Source: Chrysochromulina tobinii (Eukaryota). Taken from it: 46,564 nucleotides of DNA. The position numbers and the translations under genes are program-made. This document shows positions 1 through 9,555 of this stretch, in pieces (position 1 is the stretch's first letter; the number at the start of each line of letters is the position of its first letter). The notes below the pieces were generated by a model. The model was not told the origin of the DNA. It was given only the letters and a program-made list of their open reading frames with translations, and made no database searches. The stretch is from assembly GCA_001275005.1 (NCBI GenBank), contig JWZX01002723.1, forward strand, positions 1 to 46,564. Reading direction: 5' to 3'.

Positions 1-2
1 TG

Positions 3-3000
3 GCAAGTGGAGTGGAGTCTCATGCCGTGAGGACATGGCACAAAGTGCCGATCGCCAGGGCCAATAAGAGGGCGGCCCAAGGGTTGGGATACAGTGGCAC
101 AGGCGGTGCAGCGGGTGATGTTGCCCTCCCCCTGCGTAGGCGGAGAGAGTAGGAGGTCTAGGGCGAGGGCCACTGGGAAGTGCTGGGGGACTTGGAAAGC
201 AAAGAAAGGAGTGTCGCCAGGGTCGCTGGAGGGGATGGGGAGGCGCCGGAGCCAAGTGAAGGGTCCCTTAGCCGAGCTACCGTCAAGGAGGCGGGCTCTG
301 CCCGTGGCCGTAGTGACCGGATCATTCAAAAGGACAAGGAAAGCGCGTGAAGCTACCACTGCCGAGGCTGCTCTCTGAGCGTGTGGGTGGCAAGTAGCAT
401 CAAGGGCATCCAGGTCGTAGATGAAGGAAGGGGAATCGTGGGAGTCATCGAGGTCGCGGTGGGCGGCTGCCCCTAGGGGTACGGTGGCAGGGCTGAGCCG
501 GCCATCATCAAGGCGCGAGTGAAGCTCGGGGAAGTGAGAGCTGGCCGGGAGGAGATCGTGGTTGGGGGTGAGGCCGACCGCTCGAAAGGAGATCATGATG
601 CGCTCGAACGCCTCGGAGATATGGTTCTGGTAGGCACCGCAGCCCGCAGGCCGATGGGCCAGGCAGCGGCCTTGGAGGGGAACCACCCAAGTCCTCATGT
701 AGTGCCAGACAGCTGCCATACTTCCATAGTATGCAACGTCGTGGTTGGACGCCGAACGATCGAAGGGATCTATGTTGACGTGAAGGAGGGTGCCGTGCCC
801 TCCAAAGCGGCCGGGGAGGGAAGCAAGGTCGAAGGGATCGATGTGGACGGGGGTGGAGAGATATGGAGCATCAGGAGGGATGAGGGGTTTGAGGCGGGCC
901 TCCATGATGAGGTGGTCGAAGGCTCTAAAAGTAGCGTCGCCTAAGCCGGGACGGACCGTGCGAAGGAGATGCCGAAGGCGCGGCCAGACGCAGAGGCGGA
1001 TGAGGAGGTCTCGCTCATCCGGGGCATAGGAGCCGGAATCATTTGAAAGGAGAAGGCGATCGAGGATGGGGATGAGGGCTGCGGCCTTGTCAGCCGAGGC
1101 TTGGATGACAGATTCGACGTGGGCATCAGTGCCTACGGGGCAGCCGAGGACGGGGTGGCCAGAGGCGATGGTCGAGCCATCCCCTCGCAGAATGGCGTCT
1201 GCTTTTTCTTGGAAGGAGGGTATTCTGGGATCCCCCAGGAGTCGGATTGAGGGGCCAAGGATTTGGGTGATCCGTGTGCGAGTGGCCGGGTCAGACAAGG
1301 AGGGGCCGTAGATGGACTGCTTGCCCGGTCCGAGCTCAAGGCCCGTTGAGATGAAGGATGGATCGGTGATAGGGGATTCAGGGGTGGCCGGAGGGGAGAG
1401 AGAGGCGGGGGCAGCAAGGAGGAGGAGGATTTCGTTGGCCACATATGGCGGGCAGAGGAGATGGACGTCATCGCAGTAGGCGATGAGCATGCCCCTTTGG
1501 CCGAGGAGGGATTGGATAAGGCAGAGGACCGGGTGAAGCCCGAGGGCAAAGAGCTGGGCTCCGAGAGGGCAGCCCTGCCTTGTGCCCGAGCGGCTGTGGA
1601 TGATCTCTGGGGTGAGATTGTCACGCCGGACATAGAGTTCTGTGGGTTCACCGTAATTGGACCATACCCAATTCCAGAGGCTCGGGAAGCGTTCACCAAC
1701 GACCTTCAGGAAAGTGCGCCGATGGATGGAGTTGAAAGCATTCTTGGCGTCGAGAGCGACGTCCACCCATGAAGGATTCTCGTCGAGGACAGCGCGAACA
1801 GAATGCGTCGTGAATTCGAGGCCTGAGCTGCAGGCAACGCCGACTTGGGCGGGCCAGGGCGCCCCATTGGGTTGGGCTGGGGGGTTCGAAGAGCCTGGCG
1901 GGGGTGGCTGGAGGTAAGCGGCAAAGCGGTCCTTGTATTGTCTGGCCGCGACCATCGACACAGCCCTACCGAGGGTTGAGCCGATGGCGATCGGCCGTAG
2001 TTTGCGCTTCGTCTCATCGAGTGACGGGTCATCACCTTCCTTTGAGAGGGCAATCAGGCGGCCGCCGAGGAACCAGGGGCGCACAGACGCGGGGATGTGA
2101 CCATCAAAGATGGTGGAGGCCAGGTTGAAGAGGGCGTCAGCGCCTCGGCCGGGGATAAAGGAGGAGGGAGCGCCGGGGGGGGCGTCAGGGCGTGTAGTGG
2201 AGAGGAAGCGGTAGGCAGAGGAGAGGTACTCGTAGCGCCAGCCGCCGTGGTCAGCAGCGGAGAGTTTGGGGAGTTTGCGGAACCACACTTCATGGAAGTG
2301 GGTGCGAGAGAGAGGCTCAAGGGGTGGGTCGGGGGGAGCGTAGTCGCAGATCGGAGGGGGGTCGGAGCTATCGGGGTGGAGGGCGTGGTCATCCGGGGGG
2401 TGTAAGGCACGAAGAGCCGCTATCGTGGAGGCAACGGGCGCGGCAAGAGCCATCGCGTCTGCTCGAGCCATGGCACGACTGAGCTGTCCACCGTGGATGA
2501 GGGCGAGGATGTCTTGCGATAGCTTCTTGTCATCAGTTGCGTGCACAATGCGACGCGCCGACCGATGGATCTTGAGGAGTGGAGCCCAATTCCCCGTGAG
2601 AAAGGCGTAGCAGCGAGAACGGAAGACGGTATCCTCATGGGCCGTCGAGGCATGCCGGTGGTGCTGCTGTTGCTTCTTCTTGCCTTTGCTCCAATAGGGT
2701 CGCGGGGATGACGCCTTAGCTCGTCGTAAGGACGTCTCGGTGACGAGCATGCGTGGTAGGAGATGAAAGAGAGCATAGTAGCGGGCAGCTACTTGGGGTG
2801 AGGCAGCCGTAATCGCCTCGGCGGTAATCGTCGTGCAGTGGTCAAGCATGGCGCGTTGGGGAGAGGAGAGCTTGCGAGAGGTACTGAAATCAAGAAGGCG
2901 CTTTTCGAGAGCAATCACATCAGATTCATCGAGGCCCAGGGTGGCCCATGCGGAATCGGGGATGGAGTCAAGGGACGTGGGGAGCGAGGCTGTGGGATTC

Positions 3001-5231
3001 TCGTTGCTAAAGGGCGGGAGTTGAGGGGGAAGGGGCGGGCCATCATCATTGTCGTCGTCGTGATGGTCGCCTCCGCCGTCCCCTCCTCCGCCGCCCCCTC
3101 CTCCTCCACCTCCTCCTCCGCCGCCGTCGCCATCGCCATGACCGCCTGCTCCAGAATCGTGGGCGAAATCATGGCTGCCACTCTCTGAGGGGGTCAGTTC
3201 GTCGTCAGAGGGGTAATCCCGGTCTCTGTGTTCCCTGTCGTCCCTGTCTGCTCTCCTTCCGGAGTCACTGTCCTCGCCGTCCCCGTGGGCGTGGTCCTCA
3301 TGAGCGTCAGTCTCACAAGGCAAGCAGGGGCGAAGGAAATCAGAGGGGGGATGAGGTAGGGGAGTTGGGAGCGCGTTGGGGTGGGAAGAGGGGGGGACGG
3401 GTAGGTGATTATGGGGTGGTGGGAGCTGCTGTGGGGGTAATCGAGTGGGGGGAAGGGCAAAGGCAGAAGGGAAAGAGGAATGGGTGAGGGGAAGTTGGGG
3501 TATGGCCGGGCGTGGGAGAGTTGCGGGGGGGGGAAGAGGTGGTATGATATAGGAGATAGCGGCGGGGGAATTGATTGGCCACATGTTGGCGGCGGTCATG
3601 GCAAGGGGAGGAGGGCATGACGCCAGAGGGGTGGGGCCGGCCAAGTGGGCAAGGCGGCGGAGGCGAAATTGGCAGGTGGAGGCGTGGTCATCAAAGGATG
3701 AGGAGAGGTAGACGTTGACACAGTCAGTGCAGACGGATAGTCCGCTGGAGGAAAGGTCAGGGGGGCCCGATGGAGGGCAGAGGAGGTCGCGGACGCGGTG
3801 GTGGGCCCGGATGTGAGCGAGGGAGTCTCTGACCGTCGGGAGATGTATGGAACATGGGACATTGCCGGCGAAAGGACAGTGGGAGTTGTGTCTCGGAGGG
3901 CAAGGAGTGGGGGTGATGAGGGGTAGGATGGGAGAGTGTTTGCGGGGGGGCGGGGTGAATGTGAAGGAGAGTGGGATGTTGCTAGGTCGGTTCGGGAGAT
4001 TGAGGATGAGGGATTGAGCGTGAGTGGGATTGAGGCCAGGGTGTGTGCCGGCTATGAACGGGGGAGATCCATCGGCCGAAGAGGAGCACACGGGGCAGGC
4101 GAGGGCAGCGTGGGAGTTTGGACCATCCGCCGGGTGTGAGCAGCAGGCTTGGGCGAGGCAGGCGTGGTGAAATCGATGGCCACAGGGGAGGAATAGCCAC
4201 TGGGATTTAGTCTGCTTTCCGGTGGGGTGACGACAATCGTCCCATGATAGCTTGCAGGGGCCTCCCGGCTCTGTGTCGATATCAAGGCAAATGGAACAGG
4301 TAGGATCGAGAGAGGGCTGTGCAGGGATTGAGCCGTACGACGTGCAACGGCCACCGGCGACAAAGAGGCTTCGGAGTTGAGGCATCGTGATCGGGCGCGC
4401 AGTGCCGGAGTTGCGGGTCGGGTAGGGGAGGCTCGGGGGAAGAGGAAGGGATGCGTCCGAGAAGATTCGGTTGCGGGTGGCTCGACTGGCGATCAAGTCA
4501 GAGGGTTCGGCCGCAGGGGGGATGTAATCGGGAAGGGCACAAGATCGTTGCCGAGAGGGGCGATCAATCCAGGCAATCATGATGTCAGCAACGAGGGATT
4601 CAACTCGGCAATAGGATGCGCAGTTGATCTGGCCCGTGGCTCCGCCCGCAAGGACGTCTTGGAGTAAAGGGGGGAGATGGAGGTGGCCATCAAAGTGGGA
4701 GGTGAGGTTTTGGAGATCGAGGTTGAAGTCAGCAAGAGAGAGGCGCATGGCTTGGATGAGGAATCCGAGGGGAAGGGGGGATGATGTGGGGGTCGAGAGG
4801 AAGGAGAAGGGAGAGATCGTGGGGTCGAGGGAGATAGTGTATGAGGGGATGCACCCGATGCCACCCTCAGAGATTGGGCGAGCTAAGAGGCGGGTGTTCG
4901 AAAGGGATTTGAGGATGAAATCGCCGGAGGGGTGGCCGATTGCGGCTAGGATGATGGGCATCCGTAGCCACGAAAGATGGTCGGCCGAGGCCCAGGCAGG
5001 GGGGAAGGAGGAGAAGGAGTTTTTGGTCCAAAGGGGTGGGCCACATAGGAGTTGTGGGCGCAGGATGCTGATGGTCGCATCGAGGTCAGTCCGGGCCTTC
5101 AAGGATGGGGGTCGAGGCGGGAGGGCTGCCGAGATCGCTATCCAGTCTGGGGATGGTTGGGTACGGAAGGAATGTGGGTAATCATGGCGCAACGCATCAA
5201 GAAGTGGGGTTGGAGCGAGTAGAATAGAGAT
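3..5231 (-). CDS. Retrotransposon ORF2/pol (3'-partial): RING-H2, C2H2, C2HC, reverse transcriptase, CCHC knuckle
   Basis: Manually translated with no stop from 5231 to 3 (1743 codons; first ATG at 4961). RING-H2 4086-4298; C2H2 CPFAGNVPC..HIRAHH 3798-3878; CTDC..H..C 3672-3731; DAKNAFNS about 1728-1751; QGCPLG 1560-1577; YCDD 1467-1478; CTAC-x17-H-x3-C 33-110. Confidence 0.92.
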   Translation of the reverse strand, partial: MSILLAPTPLLDALRHDYPHSFRTQPSPDWIAISAALPPRPPSLKARTDLDATISILRPQLLCGPPLWTKNSFSSFPPAWASADHLSWLRMPIILAAIGHPSGDFILKSLSNTRLLARPISEGGIGCIPSYTISLDPTISPFSFLSTPTSSPLPLGFLIQAMRLSLADFNLDLQNLTSHFDGHLHLPPLLQDVLAGGATGQINCASYCRVESLVADIMIAWIDRPSRQRSCALPDYIPPAAEPSDLIASRATRNRIFSDASLPLPPSLPYPTRNSGTARPITMPQLRSLFVAGGRCTSYGSIPAQPSLDPTCSICLDIDTEPGGPCKLSWDDCRHPTGKQTKSQWLFLPCGHRFHHACLAQACCSHPADGPNSHAALACPVCSSSADGSPPFIAGTHPGLNPTHAQSLILNLPNRPSNIPLSFTFTPPPRKHSPILPLITPTPCPPRHNSHCPFAGNVPCSIHLPTVRDSLAHIRAHHRVRDLLCPPSGPPDLSSSGLSVCTDCVNVYLSSSFDDHASTCQFRLRRLAHLAGPTPLASCPPPLAMTAANMWPINSPAAISYIIPPLPPPATLPRPAIPQLPLTHSSFPSAFALPPTRLPPQQLPPPHNHLPVPPSSHPNALPTPLPHPPSDFLRPCLPCETDAHEDHAHGDGEDSDSGRRADRDDREHRDRDYPSDDELTPSESGSHDFAHDSGAGGHGDGDGGGGGGGGGGGGGGGDGGGDHHDDDNDDGPPLPPQLPPFSNENPTASLPTSLDSIPDSAWATLGLDESDVIALEKRLLDFSTSRKLSSPQRAMLDHCTTITAEAITAASPQVAARYYALFHLLPRMLVTETSLRRAKASSPRPYWSKGKKKQQQHHRHASTAHEDTVFRSRCYAFLTGNWAPLLKIHRSARRIVHATDDKKLSQDILALIHGGQLSRAMARADAMALAAPVASTIAALRALHPPDDHALHPDSSDPPPICDYAPPDPPLEPLSRTHFHEVWFRKLPKLSAADHGGWRYEYLSSAYRFLSTTRPDAPPGAPSSFIPGRGADALFNLASTIFDGHIPASVRPWFLGGRLIALSKEGDDPSLDETKRKLRPIAIGSTLGRAVSMVAARQYKDRFAAYLQPPPPGSSNPPAQPNGAPWPAQVGVACSSGLEFTTHSVRAVLDENPSWVDVALDAKNAFNSIHRRTFLKVVGERFPSLWNWVWSNYGEPTELYVRRDNLTPEIIHSRSGTRQGCPLGAQLFALGLHPVLCLIQSLLGQRGMLIAYCDDVHLLCPPYVANEILLLLAAPASLSPPATPESPITDPSFISTGLELGPGKQSIYGPSLSDPATRTRITQILGPSIRLLGDPRIPSFQEKADAILRGDGSTIASGHPVLGCPVGTDAHVESVIQASADKAAALIPILDRLLLSNDSGSYAPDERDLLIRLCVWPRLRHLLRTVRPGLGDATFRAFDHLIMEARLKPLIPPDAPYLSTPVHIDPFDLASLPGRFGGHGTLLHVNIDPFDRSASNHDVAYYGSMAAVWHYMRTWVVPLQGRCLAHRPAGCGAYQNHISEAFERIMISFRAVGLTPNHDLLPASSHFPELHSRLDDGRLSPATVPLGAAAHRDLDDSHDSPSFIYDLDALDATCHPHAQRAASAVVASRAFLVLLNDPVTTATGRARLLDGSSAKGPFTWLRRLPIPSSDPGDTPFFAFQVPQHFPVALALDLLLSPPTQGEGNITRCTACATVSQPLGRPLIGPGDRHFVPCPHGMRLHSTC

Positions 5232-7438
5232 TCATCTTGATGGGAACGCTCATATTCATCGATTTGTAGGGAATCATAGTGGTCGGAGTGAGCACGGGTG
5301 AGTTCATGGGCCGCGATGTTCTCATGGTATTCTTGGGCAAGGATGGATCGCTGATCCTCGAGAAGGTCATTGAGTGTACTCGGATGGAACTGGTGGAGAT
5401 CAGGGCGGAGGCTGATGAATCGGGTGACGATGGATAGGTGGAAGCGAGAGAGATAGATGCTAGTGGGATGCCATTGGTATTCATCGGACTCATGATCAGA
5501 GAGCCACTGGAGAGAGTAATCAAAGGAGGATCGTGTGATTGGGAGACCAGTGTCATCGCGGGGGTAATCAGAACCGAGGTGATCGAAGTCAGGTTCAAAG
5601 TCAGGTTGAGGCGGGAAGGGGGGGGACGCGGGGCGCGAGGGTGATGGCGGTGGCGATGGAGGTGGTGGGAGCTGAGGCAGCTGTGGTGGTATCTGAGGAG
5701 GGCCTGTATCGATCTGGGCGAAGGGGGATCTGGCAGTTGCTCCATTTGCAGCGGTCCCGAGGTGGACGGAAGTAGCGTGAAGGGGTAACGTCAAAGCAGC
5801 AGGGGGGATCGGGGACGGCGCGGGTGCGGGCATGGATGGGGCAATCTCGGGCTTGAGCAACGTGTCCGCCTGATGGAGTAGGGCTGCGGCCTCGGAGTGG
5901 CCCCGTGCAAGCGCTAGTTGTGCCGGTGTCGTATGTTTTGAGTTGCACGCGTTTGCCGATGCACCAGCAGTCAGTAGCATCTGAATGATTCGGATGTGTC
6001 CCTTGCTGGCTGCCGCGTGTAGTAGGCTCCATCCGGAGAAGAGGCCAGCGGGCTGGACAGCAGCAGCGTCAATTACGCGTGATTGCAGCATTGAGGCGAG
6101 TTCTGTTTCTTTGCCGTTCATGCTGAGTTGGAAGGCCTTGCTGATGGTAGAGGCGTCGATGGGTGCCGCTGCGCCCAGTGCTGCTCGTGTCGACAGTGCG
6201 GGTACCAGTGCGGGCAGGGCGGGCATGGGTGGCGCCGACGCAGGCGTGGGCGCGGAAGCGGGAATGAGGATGGTGGGAAAGGTGAAAGTGCCTCGTGAAG
6301 TTTGGGTTGGGAGTCCGGGAGGGGAAGTCGGCGTTTGCAGCGTCAGCTCAGGCGCAGCAGTGTGGGCGGGATTTGGGTAAGTAGGAGTGGTGGAGAAGGT
6401 GAATGTGCCTCGTGCAGGCGGTGCGTGTGCGGGCGTGGGCACGGTGAGTACGGGAGGCGTAGGTGTGGGTGTGGGTGCAGGGGTTTTCCGTTGGAGGCGG
6501 CGGGTGCGGAGTCGGGTGATGAAGATGGTAGCGATAATGAGCGTGGCGCGGCGGCGTCGCCATAGAGTAAGGAGTAGCAGGAGGCGGGGCTGGTCAGGAC
6601 GGAGACCATTGGCAAGGAGGCGAGCGAGAAGGCGAGCATCGGAAGACGGGGATGGTGTGCTGCGTGCGGGTGGGGAGGAGTTGGCTTTGTGTGGTGTAGT
6701 GGGGGTAGTTGGGATCGGGGTGGTCGCTGCTGAGGATGGTAGGGTACGAGGAGGCGTGGATGTGGTGGGGTGGTGGGGGAGGGTTTTCGATGGGGAGGGA
6801 GTGGGGCAGGGCTGTTGGAAGGAAGGGGTGAGAAGGGTGGCACGCGCGTTGTGTAGGGCCGTGACAGCAGCGGATGCAGCTGCGAAGGCGGTTGATGAAG
6901 CGGATGCTGCTGCTGCTGCGGTGGCTGCTGCGGTGCTTGCAAGTGCAGTCGCGGTGGCGGATGCGGATAATGCGGATGCAGCCAGGAAGGCTGCTGTTGC
7001 TGCTGCTGTGGCTGCGGAGTCGGCTGCTGAGGATAGGGAGTCAAGGAGGCGTGCTGTGGCGGGGTCTGCCGGAAGTGGGAGATAGGAGAGGGAGGACGGG
7101 AGCTGCGGGTGGTGAAGGGTGGAAGTTGATGTTGCTGGGTGGGTGTGCTGGAAGTTGGGGAGGAGCAGTGGAGCGGGGTTGCGGGCAGCAGTGTGTGCGG
7201 ATGTGCTGATGCCGTCAGAGGGAGCCGGCGGCAGAGGCCGAAGGAGAGAAGAGGGCCGATGGTGCGAGCTGGATGGCGGCAAAGAACGACGGGTGGACGC
7301 CCGGATGCGGGAGTTCGTGGGCAAAGAGGCACTGAAGGAGATGGAGGGCTGCATGCCACTGGGTGGCGGTAGCGATCGCGATGTCTTATTGGTGCGGGTC
7401 ATGCTGTCTTCAGAAAGAGACGGCGGGCGCATTTGCAT
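5138..7438 (-). CDS. Retrotransposon ORF1: low-complexity Pro/Ala/Thr/Ser-rich protein with 2-3 ankyrin repeats
   Basis: ORF track 5138..7453 (first ATG 7438). GWSLLHAAASKGHIRIIQMLLTAGASANACNSKHTTPAQLALARGHSEAAALL is ankyrin consensus. It overlaps ORF2 by 94 nt and has the same strand skew. Confidence 0.8.
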   Translation of the reverse strand: MQMRPPSLSEDSMTRTNKTSRSLPPPSGMQPSISFSASLPTNSRIRASTRRSLPPSSSHHRPSSLLRPLPPAPSDGISTSAHTAARNPAPLLLPNFQHTHPATSTSTLHHPQLPSSLSYLPLPADPATARLLDSLSSAADSAATAAATAAFLAASALSASATATALASTAAATAAAAASASSTAFAAASAAVTALHNARATLLTPSFQQPCPTPSPSKTLPHHPTTSTPPRTLPSSAATTPIPTTPTTPHKANSSPPARSTPSPSSDARLLARLLANGLRPDQPRLLLLLTLWRRRRATLIIATIFITRLRTRRLQRKTPAPTPTPTPPVLTVPTPAHAPPARGTFTFSTTPTYPNPAHTAAPELTLQTPTSPPGLPTQTSRGTFTFPTILIPASAPTPASAPPMPALPALVPALSTRAALGAAAPIDASTISKAFQLSMNGKETELASMLQSRVIDAAAVQPAGLFSGWSLLHAAASKGHIRIIQMLLTAGASANACNSKHTTPAQLALARGHSEAAALLHQADTLLKPEIAPSMPAPAPSPIPPAALTLPLHATSVHLGTAANGATARSPFAQIDTGPPQIPPQLPQLPPPPSPPPSPSRPASPPFPPQPDFEPDFDHLGSDYPRDDTGLPITRSSFDYSLQWLSDHESDEYQWHPTSIYLSRFHLSIVTRFISLRPDLHQFHPSTLNDLLEDQRSILAQEYHENIAAHELTRAHSDHYDSLQIDEYERSHQDESLFYSLQPHFLMRCAMITHIPSVPNHPQTG

Positions 7439-7472
7439 TTCAAGAGTTCGCAACTCATCTCATGAATAACCA

Positions 7473-7504
7473 CGTGTGTGAACGCGTGTGTGAACGCGTG
7501 TGTG
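7473..7504. repeat. Short 12-bp tandem repeat (cgtgtgtgaacg), about 2.7 copies, in the putative element 5' UTR
   Basis: cgtgtgtgaacg cgtgtgtgaacg cgtgtgtg read directly. Confidence 0.7.
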
Positions 7505-7614
7505 TCCTGTCTCCCCCCCACCGCGCTCCCCCGGTGTTTTTGAACCGGGTTCAGTGTAGCCATGCATGCTACAGCACCAGTAAAACGTAGTACAGTTCCA
7601 GTAAAACGGAGAGC

Positions 7615-9408
7615 TCAGGCGACAGGGCATTCCCCCCCGTGCAGGAAGCCACACCCCCTCACATCGGCCGCGTGCGGGCACTTGCCCTCACAGTACCAGC
7701 CCTGGCAGTGCTGCCCCCAGCGTTCGCGCCAGAGCTTCGTCAGCTCCTTGGGCCCGAGGAGCTGCCCGAGACGGCGCGCGCGCTCCACATCCGCGGTGCT
7801 CGGGGGCTCTCGGCCATGCCGCAGGTACCACTCCTCATCGGCGTGACCTTCCGCACGTGCCTTGGCGCGCATGCGCTCGACGAATTCCGCACGCCGGGCC
7901 GCGTTGGCAGCGCGCCGCGCCTCGTGCGCCTCGCGTGCCCTGCGCTCGGCCTCGATCCCAGGTGTGAACGTGAACTTGCCCTCCGAGTATTCACGGCATC
8001 GGCGCACGATGTTTTCGATGGCCTCCAGGCTGGTCGCGGCCTCGAGGCTGCCCATGAGCTCATACGCATTGAGGTGAGGCTTGGCGAGCCGACGCACATG
8101 GAAGATGGAATGCTCGACTTGCGCAGCAGCCAAAGTGCGCGCGACTCCGGTGTGCAGAGGTGGCGGGTGGGCCTTCACCAGTTCCAAATACTGATCCGCG
8201 AGATCGAGCCCAGAGGGACCTCCGTGGGCGGGCCCTCCGTGGGCGGCGCTCAGGCTGGGGTCTGCTGCGCCCTTTGCTGCTGCGTCTGCGTCTGCGTTGG
8301 CGTCGGCGTCTGAGGCTGTCCAGGAGGGAGGGCGCGGCAGCCCGATGACTGCGAGGCCGTCAAGTATCCGCAGCCTCTCTCGCGCGGCCTTGCGGCCCGC
8401 CACGAGGGCCTTCTCTTCCGCGCTCAGCTGCCGGCCTCCCGCACGCTTCGTCTCGCGGAGCTCCTTCGCGCGACGGATCTCGCCCTGCAGATCGCGCCGT
8501 CGGACGCGAGCGAGCGCCGCCGCCCGCCCGAAGATGGCGGGATCGTCGAGCGCCCCTTCCGCACTCATCACGCCATCGGCGCCCGTGAGCTCCAGGGCGG
8601 CTATCAGCTCGGCCGCGTTGCGCACGTTGCCGTTCGTGATCACCGGGATCTTGCCCTTGAGGTGCTGCTTGATGAGCTCCACCTTGTCAAGGTGCGCTGG
8701 CCCATCGCGCCGATGCATCGGAGAGCCGCGGTACCGCCCATGCACCGCGAGCAGAGCACAGCCCGCGGCCACGAGCTGCTCAACGAAGAGGAGCGTCTCG
8801 TCCCACTCGTCGAGCAGCCGGATCTTGCAGAACATGGGCACGCTCAGGCTGCGCGCGAGCGTGCTCACGATCCGGAGCACCAGCTGCCGGTCGGCTGGCG
8901 TCACGCAAAGGAAGGCGCCGAAGTGGCCAGAGTGCGCGCTGCGCTGTGGGCAGCCCAGGTTCAGGTCAATGGCCGCGACGCCAGGGCAGCGCTCGGCGCG
9001 CTTGGCGCACGCGAGCAGCTCGCCAGGATCATTCCCGCCAAAGTGGGCGACCAATGGCGCATCGTCCGGATGGCGCTCGAGCAGCGCGACGCCGCCGCCT
9101 TTCTTGTGCCACTCCTCAGGCAGGATCATGGGCGTGTAGCATAGCTGGCACCCGTGCCGCCGAGCCAGAAGCCGGAAGGCCAGCTCGGAGCCGCCGACCA
9201 TGGGCGCGAGAATGAACTGATGTGGTGGAAGCGGCCTGCGCGGCGGCGGCAGCGAGACCGCCGTGGGTGACGGCACCAGCGACATCGTGCGCACGTGCTT
9301 CGGAACTGGCGCCGAGCCTTCCAACTCGTCCGTCCTCTGCGGCGGGGGCGCGGATCCCGTCTTGGCCTCCTCCGCCTTCTCATGCATCCGGTCCCGATTT
9401 CTCTTCAT
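7615..9408 (-). CDS. tRNA-dihydrouridine synthase (Dus family) with C-terminal CCCH-type zinc finger
   Basis: ILAPMVGGSELAFR, YTPM, IDLNLGCPQ, GHFGAFL, CKIR, VHGR, PVITNGNV, GADGVMSAEG; C-terminal CQGWYCEGKC..CGFLH. First ATG at 9408. Confidence 0.93.
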   Translation of the reverse strand: MKRNRDRMHEKAEEAKTGSAPPPQRTDELEGSAPVPKHVRTMSLVPSPTAVSLPPPRRPLPPHQFILAPMVGGSELAFRLLARRHGCQLCYTPMILPEEWHKKGGGVALLERHPDDAPLVAHFGGNDPGELLACAKRAERCPGVAAIDLNLGCPQRSAHSGHFGAFLCVTPADRQLVLRIVSTLARSLSVPMFCKIRLLDEWDETLLFVEQLVAAGCALLAVHGRYRGSPMHRRDGPAHLDKVELIKQHLKGKIPVITNGNVRNAAELIAALELTGADGVMSAEGALDDPAIFGRAAALARVRRRDLQGEIRRAKELRETKRAGGRQLSAEEKALVAGRKAARERLRILDGLAVIGLPRPPSWTASDADANADADAAAKGAADPSLSAAHGGPAHGGPSGLDLADQYLELVKAHPPPLHTGVARTLAAAQVEHSIFHVRRLAKPHLNAYELMGSLEAATSLEAIENIVRRCREYSEGKFTFTPGIEAERRAREAHEARRAANAARRAEFVERMRAKARAEGHADEEWYLRHGREPPSTADVERARRLGQLLGPKELTKLWRERWGQHCQGWYCEGKCPHAADVRGCGFLHGGECPVA

Positions 9409-9555
9409 CGTGTGCCTGCGGCGCGTCGCGGGCACGTTTCCAATCTTGGCTTCGAATCAGTCGCGGCCCGGAGTCTCGTCCCGACATTGCGTAATCACCC
9501 CTCGACCGAAAGCCGTAGGTGGCGGAATTCGATCGTCAATTGACGAATTTTCCAT

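Larger units (their letters stand above)
1..7550 (-). mobile_element. Non-LTR retrotransposon, CRE/SLACS-like (restriction-like-endonuclease group); 3' end lies beyond the window, 5' boundary approximate
   Basis: Two long co-oriented minus-strand ORFs with a C-rich coding strand unlike neighbouring host genes. ORF2 has RT motifs RPIAIG, QVGV, LDAKNAFNSIHR, GTRQGCPLG, AYCDD, VLGCPVG, LPGRFGG and a C-terminal CCHC. No AP endonuclease was recognised before the RT. Confidence 0.9.

Noticed and set aside
94..7372. Numerous plus-strand ORFs over the retrotransposon
   Set aside because: Antisense shadows of the long minus-strand ORFs, with no motifs.
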